Of a stretch of 43,949 bases of DNA, positions 20,371 through 31,143 are shown in pieces. The stretch comes from an uncultured Clostridia bacterium (GTDB taxonomy: Bacteria; Bacillota; Clostridia; TANB77; CAG-508). The notes below the pieces were generated by a model. The model was not told the DNA's origin. It was given only the letters and a program-made list of their open reading frames with translations, and did no database searches. Every line of letters starts with the position of its first letter. Position 1 is the first letter of the stretch. The stretch lies in assembly GCA_947628415.1 (NCBI GenBank), contig CANQZU010000003.1:1-43949 (forward strand), given 5' to 3'. The translations under genes and the position numbers were made by a program.

Positions 20371-21645
20371 TTAACCCATATAATCTCTAAGTTTTTTACT
20401 TCTACTTGGATGTCTTAATTTTCTCAATGCTTTGGCTTCTATTTGTCTAATTCTTTCACGTGTTACTTCAAACTCACGTCCTACTTCTTCTAATGTTCTG
20501 GCTTTTCCATCCTCTAAACCAAATCTTAATTTTAATACTTTTGCTTCTCTTGGGGTTAATGTATTCATAACATCTTCTAATTGTTCTTTTAATAAGGTAT
20601 AAGCTGCTGAATCATGTGGAGCAGGACTGTCATCATCTTGTATAAAATCTCCTAAATGACTATCATCTTCTTCTCCGATTGGTGTCTCTAAAGATACTGG
20701 ATCTTGTGCTATTTTTTGAATCTCCATTACTTTTTCAACTGATATTTCCATTTCTTCTGCTATTTCATCTGGAGTTGGTTCTCTTCCCAATTGTTGTAAC
20801 AAATGTCTAGAAGTTCTAATTAATTTATTGATAGTTTCTACCATGTGTACTGGAATTCTGATTGTTCTTGCTTGATCTGCAATAGCTCTTGTAATAGCTT
20901 GTCTTATCCACCAAGTAGCATAAGTACTAAATTTAAAGCCTTTTGTATAATCAAATTTTTCAACTGCTTTTATTAATCCCATGTTTCCTTCTTGAATTAA
21001 ATCTAAAAATAGCATACCTCTTCCTACATATTTTTTAGCAATACTTACTACCAATCTTAAGTTTGATTCTGCTAATTGCTTTTTAGCCTCTTCATCACCT
21101 GCTAAAATCTTTTTAGCTAAATCTAATTCTTGATCAAAAGTTAAAAGAGGAATTCTTCCAATTTCTCTTAAATACATTCTAACTGGATCATCTACATTAA
21201 CACCTTCATAATTTGTATCTGTTATTTCATCTAATTTTAAGTCTTCTACTTCTTTTAAATCTTCAATATCTGGTTCTTCTTCTAAATCATCTGTTAATAA
21301 ATCGACCCCTAGTTCTTCAAAAGCATCAAAAACTTGATCCATTTGTTCTGGATTAACATCATCTAGTTCAGTTGCTAAATCTCCATAAGTGATACTTCCT
21401 TTTTCTTTTGCTTTTTTTAGAATATTATTAACTGTTTCTTCTTTTAGTTTATTGTCTGTATCCTCATCTATTGGTTTTTCAGATTCTTGCTTTGATACTA
21501 TTTCTTGTGATGGTTGTTCAACTATTTCTTCTTTTTTGATTGTTTTATTGGCTTTTTCTACTTCATTTTCTTTTGTCGCCTTTTTATTTTGCTTAGTTTC
21601 TTTTGTTTCCTCCACTTTTTTAACTTCTTCTTTTTTATTTGCCAT
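20371..21645 (-). CDS. rpoD: Primary RNA polymerase sigma factor
   Basis: [34 protein letters not shown] and [12 protein letters not shown] motifs; downstream of dnaG. Confidence 0.98.
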   Translation of the reverse strand: MANKKEEVKKVEETKETKQNKKATKENEVEKANKTIKKEEIVEQPSQEIVSKQESEKPIDEDTDNKLKEETVNNILKKAKEKGSITYGDLATELDDVNPEQMDQVFDAFEELGVDLLTDDLEEEPDIEDLKEVEDLKLDEITDTNYEGVNVDDPVRMYLREIGRIPLLTFDQELDLAKKILAGDEEAKKQLAESNLRLVVSIAKKYVGRGMLFLDLIQEGNMGLIKAVEKFDYTKGFKFSTYATWWIRQAITRAIADQARTIRIPVHMVETINKLIRTSRHLLQQLGREPTPDEIAEEMEISVEKVMEIQKIAQDPVSLETPIGEEDDSHLGDFIQDDDSPAPHDSAAYTLLKEQLEDVMNTLTPREAKVLKLRFGLEDGKARTLEEVGREFEVTRERIRQIEAKALRKLRHPSRSKKLRDYMG

Positions 21646-21656
21646 TATTTTCACCC

Positions 21657-23438
21657 CTATTTAATTTTTGCTAATCGGATAATTAGATTTTTCAACTCTT
21701 TTTCTAATTCTTTTTTTTCATTTGGTTCTAAATTTTGTTCTAATAGTTCTAATATTTCAAATTTTCGATTATTTAGCTTGTCCTTTTCATAACTTTGGAT
21801 AATATCATCAATTGCTTTTTCTATATCATTCATTTTATAATCATCTGCCATAATCTCTGTAATATGATTTTGCTCTTCTTCTCCTAGCATATCGATTATG
21901 CCATTTATATTACTATTTCCTTTTTCAAATTCTTCATACAGTTTTTTGGCAATTTTTTGATTAACTATATCTTTAAAATCTTCTGGTAAAATATTTTGTT
22001 TGATGATTTCGAAAACATTTAAACTTTCTGTTACTAATATAGCTATAACCATGTTTTCTCTTTTTCTTATGGCTTCTGGTATTTCATTATTTTCTACCTT
22101 TTTATGAGATACAATTGGTTTTGATTTGTCTAAAAGTTTTTCTCCTTTTACATTATGATAGGTTAATTTATCGACTTCAGCATAAATAGCTTCTTTCGAT
22201 ATTGCATATTCTTTTGCTATTTTTTCTAAATAAACTTCTCTTTCAATAGTGTTATCTACTTTTGCAATCAGCTTTGCAATTTCTTTTAAAAATTTAATTT
22301 TATCATTTGTATTTTCTAGTTGTAAATTTTGTTTTAAAACTTTTACCTTAAATTCAATAACAGAAAGAGCTTTTTCAATTAAACTTTGAAATCTGGCATT
22401 TCCAAATTTAATAATATATTCATCTGGATCTTTTGCTCCTTCCATTTGCAAAATTCGAATGTCACAACCCATATTCTGCAAAATATCTAAAGCTCGTAAT
22501 TTAGCTGTTAATCCTGCTTCATCTGAATCAAAACTTAATATGATTTTTTCTGAATTTTTTCTAAGCAACCAACCTTGTGCTTGTGTCAAAGCAGTTCCTA
22601 AAGGTGCTACTACATTTGTAATTCCTCTTTGATGAAGAGATATTACATCCATATAACCTTCAACAACCAATATTTGTTTTATATCTCCTCTTTTAGCAAC
22701 ATTTAATCCAAATAAATTTCTTCCTTTACTGTAAACAATATTTTCAGGTGAATTAATATACTTTGGTTTTGAATCATCCAAAACTCTTCCACCGAATGCA
22801 ATGACTTTTCCTCTTGTATCACAAATAGGAAACATCAATCTATTTCGATATCTGTCTATATATTGTCCTCTTTCATTTCGATTAACTAATCCTGATTCTA
22901 AAATTTCTAGTTCTTGAAATCCCTGTTTCTTTAGTGCTTGATATAATTCATCAAATTTTCCTGAAAATCCAATTTGGAAAGATTTTAAAGTTTCATTTGT
23001 TAATTTTCTTTTTTTGATATATTCTTGTACTATTTTTGACTCTGGTTTGTATAAATTTTCATGATAAAAATTTGCTGCGAACTCATTTACTTTATAAACT
23101 TTTGATTTTAATAATTCTTTACTTGCATCTACGCTATTTTCCAAACTTGGTAATTGTATATTAGATCTTTCTGCTAATAACTGAACTGCTTCTATAAAAT
23201 TTATTCCTTCTATTTTTGTCAAAAAAGTAAAAACATTACCTCCTACCCCACAGCCAAAACAATGAAAGATTTGTTTATCTGGTGATACAGAAAAGGAAGG
23301 AGATTTTTCATTGTGAAATGGACATAATCCAAAGAAGTTTCTTCCGCTTCTTTTTAAATGCACATACTGTGATATAATATCTACAATATCATTTGTTTGC
23401 CTTACTTCATCTATGATTTCATCACTATATCGTTGCAT
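21657..23438 (-). CDS. dnaG: DNA primase
   Basis: CPFH...CFGC zinc finger, KYINSPE, EGYMD and FDSD TOPRIM motifs. Confidence 0.98.
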   Translation of the reverse strand: MQRYSDEIIDEVRQTNDIVDIISQYVHLKRSGRNFFGLCPFHNEKSPSFSVSPDKQIFHCFGCGVGGNVFTFLTKIEGINFIEAVQLLAERSNIQLPSLENSVDASKELLKSKVYKVNEFAANFYHENLYKPESKIVQEYIKKRKLTNETLKSFQIGFSGKFDELYQALKKQGFQELEILESGLVNRNERGQYIDRYRNRLMFPICDTRGKVIAFGGRVLDDSKPKYINSPENIVYSKGRNLFGLNVAKRGDIKQILVVEGYMDVISLHQRGITNVVAPLGTALTQAQGWLLRKNSEKIILSFDSDEAGLTAKLRALDILQNMGCDIRILQMEGAKDPDEYIIKFGNARFQSLIEKALSVIEFKVKVLKQNLQLENTNDKIKFLKEIAKLIAKVDNTIEREVYLEKIAKEYAISKEAIYAEVDKLTYHNVKGEKLLDKSKPIVSHKKVENNEIPEAIRKRENMVIAILVTESLNVFEIIKQNILPEDFKDIVNQKIAKKLYEEFEKGNSNINGIIDMLGEEEQNHITEIMADDYKMNDIEKAIDDIIQSYEKDKLNNRKFEILELLEQNLEPNEKKELEKELKNLIIRLAKIK

Positions 23439-23488
23439 TTTTTCCTCACTTTCTTTTAAAATATCTCAAATAAACATACGTAATTATA

Positions 23489-23517
23489 TTATTCGACGCA
23501 TTTTACATAAATCCTTC
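23489..23517 (-). promoter_or_regulatory. Sigma-H-type promoter upstream of dnaG-sigA
   Basis: Minus strand GAAGGATTT-11 nt-GTCGAATAA fits RNAGGAWWW-N11/12-RNNGAATWW. Confidence 0.65.
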
Positions 23518-23553
23518 TTAATTTAAAAAAAATTGCTAAAAAGCAATTTTCTT

Positions 23554-24213
23554 TTATTCATTTAAATTAATCATTTTATGATCTAATTTATGTATCATTT
23601 TAGCACAATAAATCCATTCATTTGACTCTTCATTCGTAATTTTTTCTTGCGGTTTATATTTCATTTTATGTTCTAAGTTTGCCCAAAAATCCATTGCAAT
23701 TGTTCGTATTTGCACCTCGACTTTTACATAAATTATATTTTTAGATAAGGTAACTGGTACTTTTAATAATAAATGATAACTGGAATATCCACTTTTTTTA
23801 GGATGTGTTACATAGTCCTTTTCCTTTAATACTTCTATTCCATTCCATTTTTTTAATAAATCTTTAATGGTAAAAATGTCTCTTTTTAAAGGACATATGA
23901 TTCTTAAGCCTGCAATATCGTTTATATTTTTAATCATTTCTTGATAAGTAAAAGAAATCTTTCTTTGTTCCATTTTATTTATAATACTTTTTGGTTCTTT
24001 AATTCTCGTAGTTATATGATCAATTAAATCATACTCATAAAATAGTTTAAATTCGTCTTTTAAAATTTCTATTTTTGTTTCTAATTCTCGAATTGCCATT
24101 GAATAAAGAAACATTAATCTCTTAAAATTTTTGTCGTCTAGTTTTAATTTTTGATGATAGTCAATTAAATTCTCTATTCCCATTAAATAATTTTTCTTTT
24201 GAAGTTTCATCAT
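23554..24213 (-). CDS. Small alarmone synthetase (GTP pyrophosphokinase, RelP/RelQ-like)
   Basis: RIK...SI..K, DIAGLR, SGYSSYH and EVQIRTIAMDFWA motifs. Confidence 0.9.
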   Translation of the reverse strand: MMKLQKKNYLMGIENLIDYHQKLKLDDKNFKRLMFLYSMAIRELETKIEILKDEFKLFYEYDLIDHITTRIKEPKSIINKMEQRKISFTYQEMIKNINDIAGLRIICPLKRDIFTIKDLLKKWNGIEVLKEKDYVTHPKKSGYSSYHLLLKVPVTLSKNIIYVKVEVQIRTIAMDFWANLEHKMKYKPQEKITNEESNEWIYCAKMIHKLDHKMINLNE

Positions 24214-24296
24214 CCATACACCTTCCTATTATTATTATATGCTTTATCTTAACGTATTATTGTAACAAAATAATATTTTATTGGTAATTTTTGTGT

Positions 24297-24326
24297 GAAA
24301 AAAAGAAGACATTCGTCTTCTTTTTT
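24297..24326 (-). terminator. proS terminator
   Basis: AAAAAAGAAGAC/GTCTTCTTTTTT hairpin. Confidence 0.75.
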
Positions 24327-24334
24327 CATTAATA

Positions 24335-25616
24335 TTATTGAAATCTTTTAATTAATTCTTCTCGTGTCATCATAATTTTTTCACCAGTTTTTATATTTTC
24401 AAGTTCAAATTTATTGTCATTAGATTGTTCTCCTAAAATTACCATATAAGGAGTACCTAATATTTTACAGTCTTTTATTTTTGTTCCAATATTCAAATTT
24501 TCTCTATCATCTAAAATACTAGCAATTTTTTCATTTTGTAAAATTTCATATAATTCATTTGCTTGTTTTACTTTTTCTGGCTGATCCATTTTAGGAATAA
24601 TTTGAATTTTATAAGGTGCAATTGATTCCGGTAATGAAAATCCACATGGTCCCCATTTTTCATCCGTTAACAAACATTGTTCATATAAAGCAGCTACTGT
24701 TCTGCTTACACCAATTCCATAACATCCCATATAATATAATGTCTCTTTGCCTTCTTGATTTGTAAATTTTCCATTCATCATTTCAGAATATCTAGTTCCT
24801 AATTGAAAAATATGCCCTAATTCCATAGTTCTTATTTCTTTAAAATTTGAAATATCTTCTATTTGATATTCTTCTCTTAAATATTCTTGATAATTTTCTT
24901 TTTCTAAAATTTCTGTATTTAATCCAATTCCTGTTTGTTCATCATATAATATTTTATCTTCCCCTTGTTCAGAAATTAGCATAAATTCCTCTGACCTTTT
25001 TCCTCCCATTGCTCCATTGTCTGCTACAATTGGAATTACTTTCATTCCAATTTTTTCAAATATTTCTAAAAAGGCTTCTCTTATATTTTCATAAGATTTT
25101 ATCATGTGATTTTCATCAACATCAAAGCTATAAGCATCAAGCATTGGAAAAGCCTTTCCTCTTAATAAATAACCTCTTGTTCTAATTTCATTTCTAAATT
25201 TTTCTCCAATTTGGTAATATGTTACTGGTAAGTTTTTATAAGATTTTAGCTTTTCTCTAGCAAATTCGAGCATTGCCTCTTCCCCTGTAGGAGCTAAACA
25301 AAATGTTCCTTTATTAGATTCTGTAATTAGCATAGTTCCATCTTGAACATAATGTTCATATCTTCCTGAATTTTTCCATATAGTATCTGGCTGTAAAGTA
25401 GGCAGTAATACTTCTGTACAACCATATTTATTTAAAGTTTCCACAATAATTTGCTCTACTTTTCTTCTAACTAATAAAGGGACTGTATTATAACCAAATA
25501 AACCAGCTCCATATTGTACTAATTGTCCTGTTTGCAATAAAATACTTTGTCCTGGATACATTTCATCAATATTATTTAATTTAACAGTTCCTAATCCTGT
25601 TCCGTGATAATTTCAT
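24335..25616 (-). CDS. proS: Proline--tRNA ligase, short form without the INS editing domain; 426 aa after a +1 shift at codon 5 (extra base at 25604)
   Basis: W..SGR, PT.EE, DAYSF, ELGHIFQLG and MGCYGIGVSR motifs; RBS then ATG AAA TTA TCA [C] GGA ACA joins the 408-aa ORF; 1282 nt = 427 codons + 1. Confidence 0.85.
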
Positions 25617-25637
25617 GTTTTTTCCTCTTCCTTTTAT

Positions 25638-26258
25638 TTATTGATTATTTATATTTTTTATAATATCTTCTTGTTCTTTTACCTCTTCTGGTGTTTCTGT
25701 TTTTTCAATTAATTCATCAATAACAATTTGTTGATTTTCATCAATTTTATATCTTGGTAATTCTGGTAATTGTTCTAAAGAATCATAACCAAACATTCTT
25801 AAGAACTCATTTGTTGTTTGATAAGACATCGGTTTTCCTGGTAAATCAATTTTTCCAGCTTCTTCAATTAATCCATATTCTAATAATTTATAAACACAAG
25901 CATCTGCTGAAACGCCACGAATAGATTCTATTTCTGCTCTTGTGATTTGTGGATTATAAGCAATAATTGCTAGAGTTTCTAAAGCTGCATTAGATAAATT
26001 TGGTCTATTTCTCTTATCCAATATTGGATAAATAGATTCATATAAATCTTTTTTGGTACATAATTGATAAGAATCATTTATTTTTACTATTTCAATTCCA
26101 CGTTTTTCTTCTTTATATTCTTCTTGCATATTAGATAGAATATTTTCTAAAGCTTCTTCTGAAAGTTCTAAATTTAAAATAAACTCTTTTTTTGTAACTG
26201 GTCTACCCGCTGCAAAAAGAATTGCTTCTATCGTAGCTTTTAATTGATTAATTTCCAT
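25638..26258 (-). CDS. scpB: SMC-Scp complex subunit ScpB
   Basis: IEAILFA, LSNAALETLAIIAY.PQITRAEIESIRGV and Y.TT.EFL..FG motifs. Confidence 0.95.
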   Translation of the reverse strand: MEINQLKATIEAILFAAGRPVTKKEFILNLELSEEALENILSNMQEEYKEEKRGIEIVKINDSYQLCTKKDLYESIYPILDKRNRPNLSNAALETLAIIAYNPQITRAEIESIRGVSADACVYKLLEYGLIEEAGKIDLPGKPMSYQTTNEFLRMFGYDSLEQLPELPRYKIDENQQIVIDELIEKTETPEEVKEQEDIIKNINNQ

Positions 26259-26296
26259 TTTGTCTCCTTTATAATCATTATTTTTACCATATGTCT

Positions 26297-26370
26297 ATTA
26301 TGCCATAAAAAGGCTAGTTCGTCAATATTTTTTAAATTTTCTTGCACTTTTCTTATAAATATGATACGAT
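26297..26370. promoter_or_regulatory. Divergent sigma-A promoters for scpB (-) and the small ORF (+)
   Basis: Minus strand TTGACG-17-CATAAT (26325..26297); plus strand TTGCAC-17-TACGAT (26342..26370). Confidence 0.65.
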
Positions 26371-26399
26371 TATTTTAATAAAAAACGGAGGAATTGTTT

Positions 26400-26591
26400 A
26401 TGGAAGAAAAGAAAAATCTAGAAGTCGTTTCTGGAGATGGTTCAAACTTAGATATCTCGCCAGTCTATGATAATTTAGATGCAGCTAAGCCAAAATCAGC
26501 AAAAGATAAACCAACTCATATTGTTATTCCAAAAGAAACAAATCAAACTTCAAAAAATGAAAAAGAAGAAGAAAAAAAAGAAGAAAATTAA
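26400..26591 (+). CDS. Small hypothetical protein (63 aa)
   Basis: GGAGG RBS and own promoter; hydrophilic; no family recognised. Confidence 0.7.
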   Translation: MEEKKNLEVVSGDGSNLDISPVYDNLDAAKPKSAKDKPTHIVIPKETNQTSKNEKEEEKKEEN

Positions 26592-26603
26592 TTTCTTCTT
26601 TTT

Positions 26604-26741
26604 TTACTCTTCTACTTTTTCAAATAATTCCTTACCAACTCCACATAAAGGACATGTCCAATCTTCTGGTAAATCTTCAAATTTTACTCCTTCTTTTTCT
26701 TCATCATAAATATAACCACATACTGTACATTTATATTTCAT
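26604..26741 (-). CDS. Rubredoxin (45 aa; absent from the ORF track)
   Basis: Translated by hand: [45 protein letters not shown]; GGAGGTGA RBS. Confidence 0.95.
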   Translation of the reverse strand: MKYKCTVCGYIYDEEKEGVKFEDLPEDWTCPLCGVGKELFEKVEE

Positions 26742-26744
26742 TTT

Positions 26745-27914
26745 TTACTCACCTCCTAACATTTTATTAGCTAATTCTTTCATTTGATCAATAGTTTCTT
26801 GTTTCATTGTTGAACGAATAGTAACACAAGGCTCTACTAGCGTAATATCTTTCATTTCCTTTATAATACTTTTCATTGTTTTAGCTGCTGATGGAGCCCA
26901 AGAACCATTCTCTAGAATTCCTATTTTTCGATTTTGATAATTTCTTTCTTTTAGATGATTTAAAAATTGTTCCATTGATACAAATACACCTGCATTATAG
27001 CTAGAAGCCGCTAAAATAATTTTATCATATCTAAAGGCATCTTCTACTGCTTCCGCCATATCTTCTCTTGTTAAGTCTGTTAATACTACTTTTTTAGCTC
27101 CATTTTCTTCTAATATTTCTTTTAATTTTTTTGCAGCCTCTAAAGTATTACCATAAATAGAAGCACAAGCAATAAAAACACCATCATCTTCTGGTTTATA
27201 ACTACTCCATATATTATATTTTTCAATATAATGTGCTAAATTTTCTTTTAAAATAGGGCCATGTAAAGGGCAAATAATCTTAATATCTAATGTTTCTGCT
27301 TTTTTTAATAACGCTTGAACTTGTGTCCCATATTTTCCAACAATTCCAAAATAGTATCTACGAGCTTCGCAATCCCACTCTTCTTGTGTGTCTAATGTTC
27401 CAAATTTTCCAAATCCATCTGCAGAAAATAAGATTTTATCTAATTGGTCATATGTTACCATGACTTCTGGCCAATGTACCATAGGAGCCATAAAAAACTG
27501 CAATGTATGTTGTCCAAAACTTAAAGTTTCTCCTTCTTTAACTAATATTTTTCGATCAGTTAAATCAATATCAAAAAAGTTAGGTAACATGGTAAATGTC
27601 ATGGCATTTCCAATAATCTTCATTTTAGGATATTTTTGGGCTAATAGTCCAATATTATAGGCATGATCTGGTTCTAAATGAGAAACAACTAAATAGTCTA
27701 CTGCTTCTCCATCTAATTCTCTTTCTAAATTTTCTAACCAATTATTAGTAACTTTTCTATCTATTGTATCTAACACAACATTTTTTTCATCTTTTATTAA
27801 ATAAGAATTATAAGACATTCCATTTGGTACTTCATATTGTCCTTCAAATAGTCTAATATCTTTATCATCAGCTCCAATATAAAAAATAGAGTCTGTTATT
27901 TTAGTATCCTTCAT
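26745..27914 (-). CDS. fprA: Flavodiiron protein (A-type flavoprotein)
   Basis: SYNSYLI, H.EPDH, HWPE, LFSAD.FG, HGP and flavodoxin S.YGNT motifs. Confidence 0.93.
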   Translation of the reverse strand: MKDTKITDSIFYIGADDKDIRLFEGQYEVPNGMSYNSYLIKDEKNVVLDTIDRKVTNNWLENLERELDGEAVDYLVVSHLEPDHAYNIGLLAQKYPKMKIIGNAMTFTMLPNFFDIDLTDRKILVKEGETLSFGQHTLQFFMAPMVHWPEVMVTYDQLDKILFSADGFGKFGTLDTQEEWDCEARRYYFGIVGKYGTQVQALLKKAETLDIKIICPLHGPILKENLAHYIEKYNIWSSYKPEDDGVFIACASIYGNTLEAAKKLKEILEENGAKKVVLTDLTREDMAEAVEDAFRYDKIILAASSYNAGVFVSMEQFLNHLKERNYQNRKIGILENGSWAPSAAKTMKSIIKEMKDITLVEPCVTIRSTMKQETIDQMKELANKMLGGE

Positions 27915-28008
27915 TTTTCTTTTCCTCCTCTTACTTTTTCTATTATATCAAAAAAATCAAAATTGTAAAGTCCTCTCGTCTTCCTTGTTTATTTCCTTTT
28001 CTTTTCTC

Positions 28009-28037
28009 TTGACATCAACTTCATTTAGGCATATACT
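28009..28037 (+). promoter_or_regulatory. Sigma-A promoter of the por operon
   Basis: TTGACA-17 nt-TATACT. Confidence 0.85.
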
Positions 28038-28075
28038 AAAACCATAAAATAAATATAAAAAGGAGGAGAGCATAC

Positions 28076-28654
28076 ATGGATGACTTAATTGAAATTAGAT
28101 GGCATGGTAGAGGCGGTCAAGGTGCTAAAACAGCGTCATTATTATTAGCTGATGCTGCTTTTAATACTGGCAAATATATTCAAGGTTTTCCTGAATATGG
28201 ACCAGAAAGAATGGGTGCACCAATTACTGCTTATAATCGTATTAGTAGCACACCTATTACCATTCACAGTAATATCTACGAACCAGATTATGTAGTAGTT
28301 GTTGATGATACTCTTTTAGAAACCGTTGATGTCACATCAGGTTTAAAAGAAACTGGAGCCATTGTTATTAATACAACAAAATCTGCTGATTACTTAAAAA
28401 GCGTATTAAAAGGATACAAAGGAAATATCTATACAATAGATGCTAGAAAAATATCAGAAGAAGCTTTGGGTAAATATTTTCCTAATACACCAATGCTTGC
28501 AGCTATTGTTAAAGTAAGTGGTATCATGACAGATGAAGCTTTATTAGAAGATATGAAGGGCTCTTTTAAACATAAATTTGCTAAAAAGCCAGAAGTTATT
28601 GATGGTAATATGAGGGCTTTAGAATTAGCATTAAAGGAGGTTAAAAAAGTATGA
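28076..28654 (+). CDS. porC: Pyruvate/2-oxoacid:ferredoxin oxidoreductase gamma subunit
   Basis: EIRWHGRGGQGAKT and FPEYGPERMGAP motifs. Confidence 0.92.
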   Translation: MDDLIEIRWHGRGGQGAKTASLLLADAAFNTGKYIQGFPEYGPERMGAPITAYNRISSTPITIHSNIYEPDYVVVVDDTLLETVDVTSGLKETGAIVINTTKSADYLKSVLKGYKGNIYTIDARKISEEALGKYFPNTPMLAAIVKVSGIMTDEALLEDMKGSFKHKFAKKPEVIDGNMRALELALKEVKKV

Positions 28655-28944
28655 CAAAAATCAACAATCAAACACCTATGGAGAAACTAACTCCTGGTGG
28701 TAATATTTATACTTCTGGAAACGCTAAAGAATTTAAAACAGGAGATTGGAGAAGCGTACGACCTGTTTTCCTATCGGAAAATTGCAAACAATGTGGTTTG
28801 TGTTTTCCTGTTTGTCCAGAAGATGCAATTCCAGTAAATTCTGAATTAAAAAGAGAAGATTTTAATTTTGATTATTGCAAAGGATGCGGTGTATGTGCAA
28901 AAGTATGTCCATTTGGTGCAATTTCTATGAAGGAGGAGGGATAA
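28651..28944 (+). CDS. porD: Pyruvate/2-oxoacid:ferredoxin oxidoreductase delta subunit
   Basis: KTGDWR motif and two CxxCxxCxxxCP motifs. Confidence 0.92.
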   Translation: MTKINNQTPMEKLTPGGNIYTSGNAKEFKTGDWRSVRPVFLSENCKQCGLCFPVCPEDAIPVNSELKREDFNFDYCKGCGVCAKVCPFGAISMKEEG

Positions 28945-28947
28945 TTT

Positions 28948-30141
28948 ATGAGTATAAGAGAAAGATTAAGTGGTAATGAAGCATCAGCAACTGCTATGAG
29001 ACAAATTAATCCAGATGTAGTAGCAGCTTTTCCTATCACACCTTCTACAGAAATTCCTCAATATTTTTCAACATTTGTTGCCAATGGTACTGTTGATACA
29101 GAATTTGTAGCCGTAGAAAGTGAACATAGCGCTATGTCTGCTTGTATTGGAGCAGAAGCTGCTGGTTCTAGAGCTATGACAGCCACTTCTGCAAATGGGT
29201 TGTCTTTAATGTGGGAAATGATTTATATTGCTTCTAGTTTAAGACTACCTATAGTTCTATCATTAGTCAATCGTGCGGTATCTGGTCCTTTAAATATTCA
29301 TTGTGATCACTCTGATGCGATGGGGGTACGTGATAGTGGTTGGATTATGCTATTTTCTGAAACAAATCAAGAAGCCTATGATAATACTTTAATGGCACAT
29401 AGAATTGCTGAACATAAAGATGTTCGCTTACCACTAATGGTTTGTCAAGATGGATTTATCACATCCCATGCCATTGAAAATATTGAATTAGTAGAAGATG
29501 AAAAAGTAAAAGAATTTGTTGGAAAATATAAGCCAGACCATTACTTATTGAATGAAAAAGAACCAATTGCCGTTGGTCCATTAGATTTACAAGCTTATTT
29601 ATTTGAACATAAAGCTCAACAAGCAATTGCTATGAAAAATGCAAAACAAGTTATTTTAGAAGTATCAAAAGATTTTGAGAAAATGACAGGAAGAAGTTAT
29701 GGATTTTTTGAAGAATATCAATTAGAAGATGCTGAAGTAGCAATCGTTTGTATGAATTCAACTGCTGGAACAACTAAATTTGTAGTAGATAATTTAAGAA
29801 CAAAAGGAATTAAAGCAGGACTTTTAAAAATTCGTGTATTCAGACCTTTTCCTGCAGAAGAAATTGCAAAAGCACTTTCTCATTTAAAAGCCATTGCAAT
29901 TTTAGATCGTGCTGATTCTTTAAATGCTGCTGGTGGTGCTCTATTTGAAGATGTTACTTCTAGTATGTATGTAAATCAAGTTCACGTACCAGCTGTTAAC
30001 TACATTTATGGTATTGGTGGTAGAGATACCAAAGCAGAAGATATTGAATCTGTTTATACTGATTTATTGAAAATTATGGAAACAAAACAAATTGATAATC
30101 CTTATCGTTATTTAGGATTAAGAAAGGAGGAGAACAAATAA
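28948..30141 (+). CDS. porA: Pyruvate/2-oxoacid:ferredoxin oxidoreductase alpha subunit
   Basis: FPITPST, VESEHSAMSA and RVFRPFP motifs. Confidence 0.93.
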   Translation: MSIRERLSGNEASATAMRQINPDVVAAFPITPSTEIPQYFSTFVANGTVDTEFVAVESEHSAMSACIGAEAAGSRAMTATSANGLSLMWEMIYIASSLRLPIVLSLVNRAVSGPLNIHCDHSDAMGVRDSGWIMLFSETNQEAYDNTLMAHRIAEHKDVRLPLMVCQDGFITSHAIENIELVEDEKVKEFVGKYKPDHYLLNEKEPIAVGPLDLQAYLFEHKAQQAIAMKNAKQVILEVSKDFEKMTGRSYGFFEEYQLEDAEVAIVCMNSTAGTTKFVVDNLRTKGIKAGLLKIRVFRPFPAEEIAKALSHLKAIAILDRADSLNAAGGALFEDVTSSMYVNQVHVPAVNYIYGIGGRDTKAEDIESVYTDLLKIMETKQIDNPYRYLGLRKEENK

Positions 30142-31094
30142 TGGCTTATAATGTAAAAGAAGTAGTGGCTAATAAGCCTTCCCGTTTTACTCCTGGTCAT
30201 AGAATGTGTGCTGGATGTGGTGCACCACCAATTGCAAGACACATTATGAGAGCTTTAAAGCCAGAAGATCATGCTGTTGTTTGCGGAGCCACTGGATGTA
30301 TGGAAGTTTCAACCTTTATTTATCCTTATACTGCTTGGACCGATTCCTTTATCCATACAGCTTTTGAATGTGCAGGAGCTACATTATCTGGTGTTGAAGC
30401 AGCTTATGTTTCTTTGAAAAAACAAGGAAAACTTTCACAAGAAGGAGAAACAAAATTTATCGCTTTTGGTGGAGATGGTGGAACTTATGACATTGGACTA
30501 CAAAGTCTATCTGGTGCAATGGAACGTGGCCATGATATGGTTTATGTATGTTATGATAACGGTGCGTATATGAATACTGGTATACAACGTTCATCTGCTA
30601 CACCAAAATTTGCGGATACTACAACTTCTCCTGCTGGCAAAGTAATTCCTGGTAAAATGCAATCTAGAAAAGATTTAGCCAAAATTATGGCAGGACATCA
30701 TATTCCTTATGTAGCACAAACACTTGGCTATATGAATTTTAAAGATTTATATGAAAAAGCAGAAAAAGCAATCTATACCAAGGGACCTGCATTTTTAAAT
30801 GTAATGGCACCATGTCCTAGAGGATGGGGATATCCAACAGATCAATTGATGCAAATTAATAAACTTGCTGTTGAAACTTGCTACTGGCCTTTATATGAGG
30901 TAACAAATGGTGTTTATAAAATTAATTATAAACCTGCTAAAAAATTGCCAATTGAGGAATTCTTAAAACCACAAAAAAGATTTAAACATCTATTTAAACC
31001 TGGCAATGAATGGATGATTGAAGAATTTCAAAAAGAAGTAGATGCTCGTTGGCAAGAATTATTAGATTTAGAAGAAATTACAAATAAAGAATAA
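30141..31094 (+). CDS. porB: Pyruvate/2-oxoacid:ferredoxin oxidoreductase beta subunit
   Basis: GHRMCAGCG and GGDGG...DN..YMNTG.Q TPP-binding motif. Confidence 0.93.
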   Translation: MAYNVKEVVANKPSRFTPGHRMCAGCGAPPIARHIMRALKPEDHAVVCGATGCMEVSTFIYPYTAWTDSFIHTAFECAGATLSGVEAAYVSLKKQGKLSQEGETKFIAFGGDGGTYDIGLQSLSGAMERGHDMVYVCYDNGAYMNTGIQRSSATPKFADTTTSPAGKVIPGKMQSRKDLAKIMAGHHIPYVAQTLGYMNFKDLYEKAEKAIYTKGPAFLNVMAPCPRGWGYPTDQLMQINKLAVETCYWPLYEVTNGVYKINYKPAKKLPIEEFLKPQKRFKHLFKPGNEWMIEEFQKEVDARWQELLDLEEITNKE

Positions 31095-31099
31095 CCAAA

Positions 31100-31143
31100 A
31101 ATAAAAAGTTGCATTTATTCCATTATTTGCAACTTTTTATTTT
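31100..31143. terminator. Bidirectional terminator between convergent porB and thiN
   Basis: AATAAAAAGTTGCA/TGCAACTTTTTATT inverted repeat. Confidence 0.8.

Noticed and set aside
21420-21645. Repetitive E/K-rich N-terminus of sigma-A as a repeat element
   Set aside because: It is a low-complexity protein extension with no discrete DNA repeat unit.
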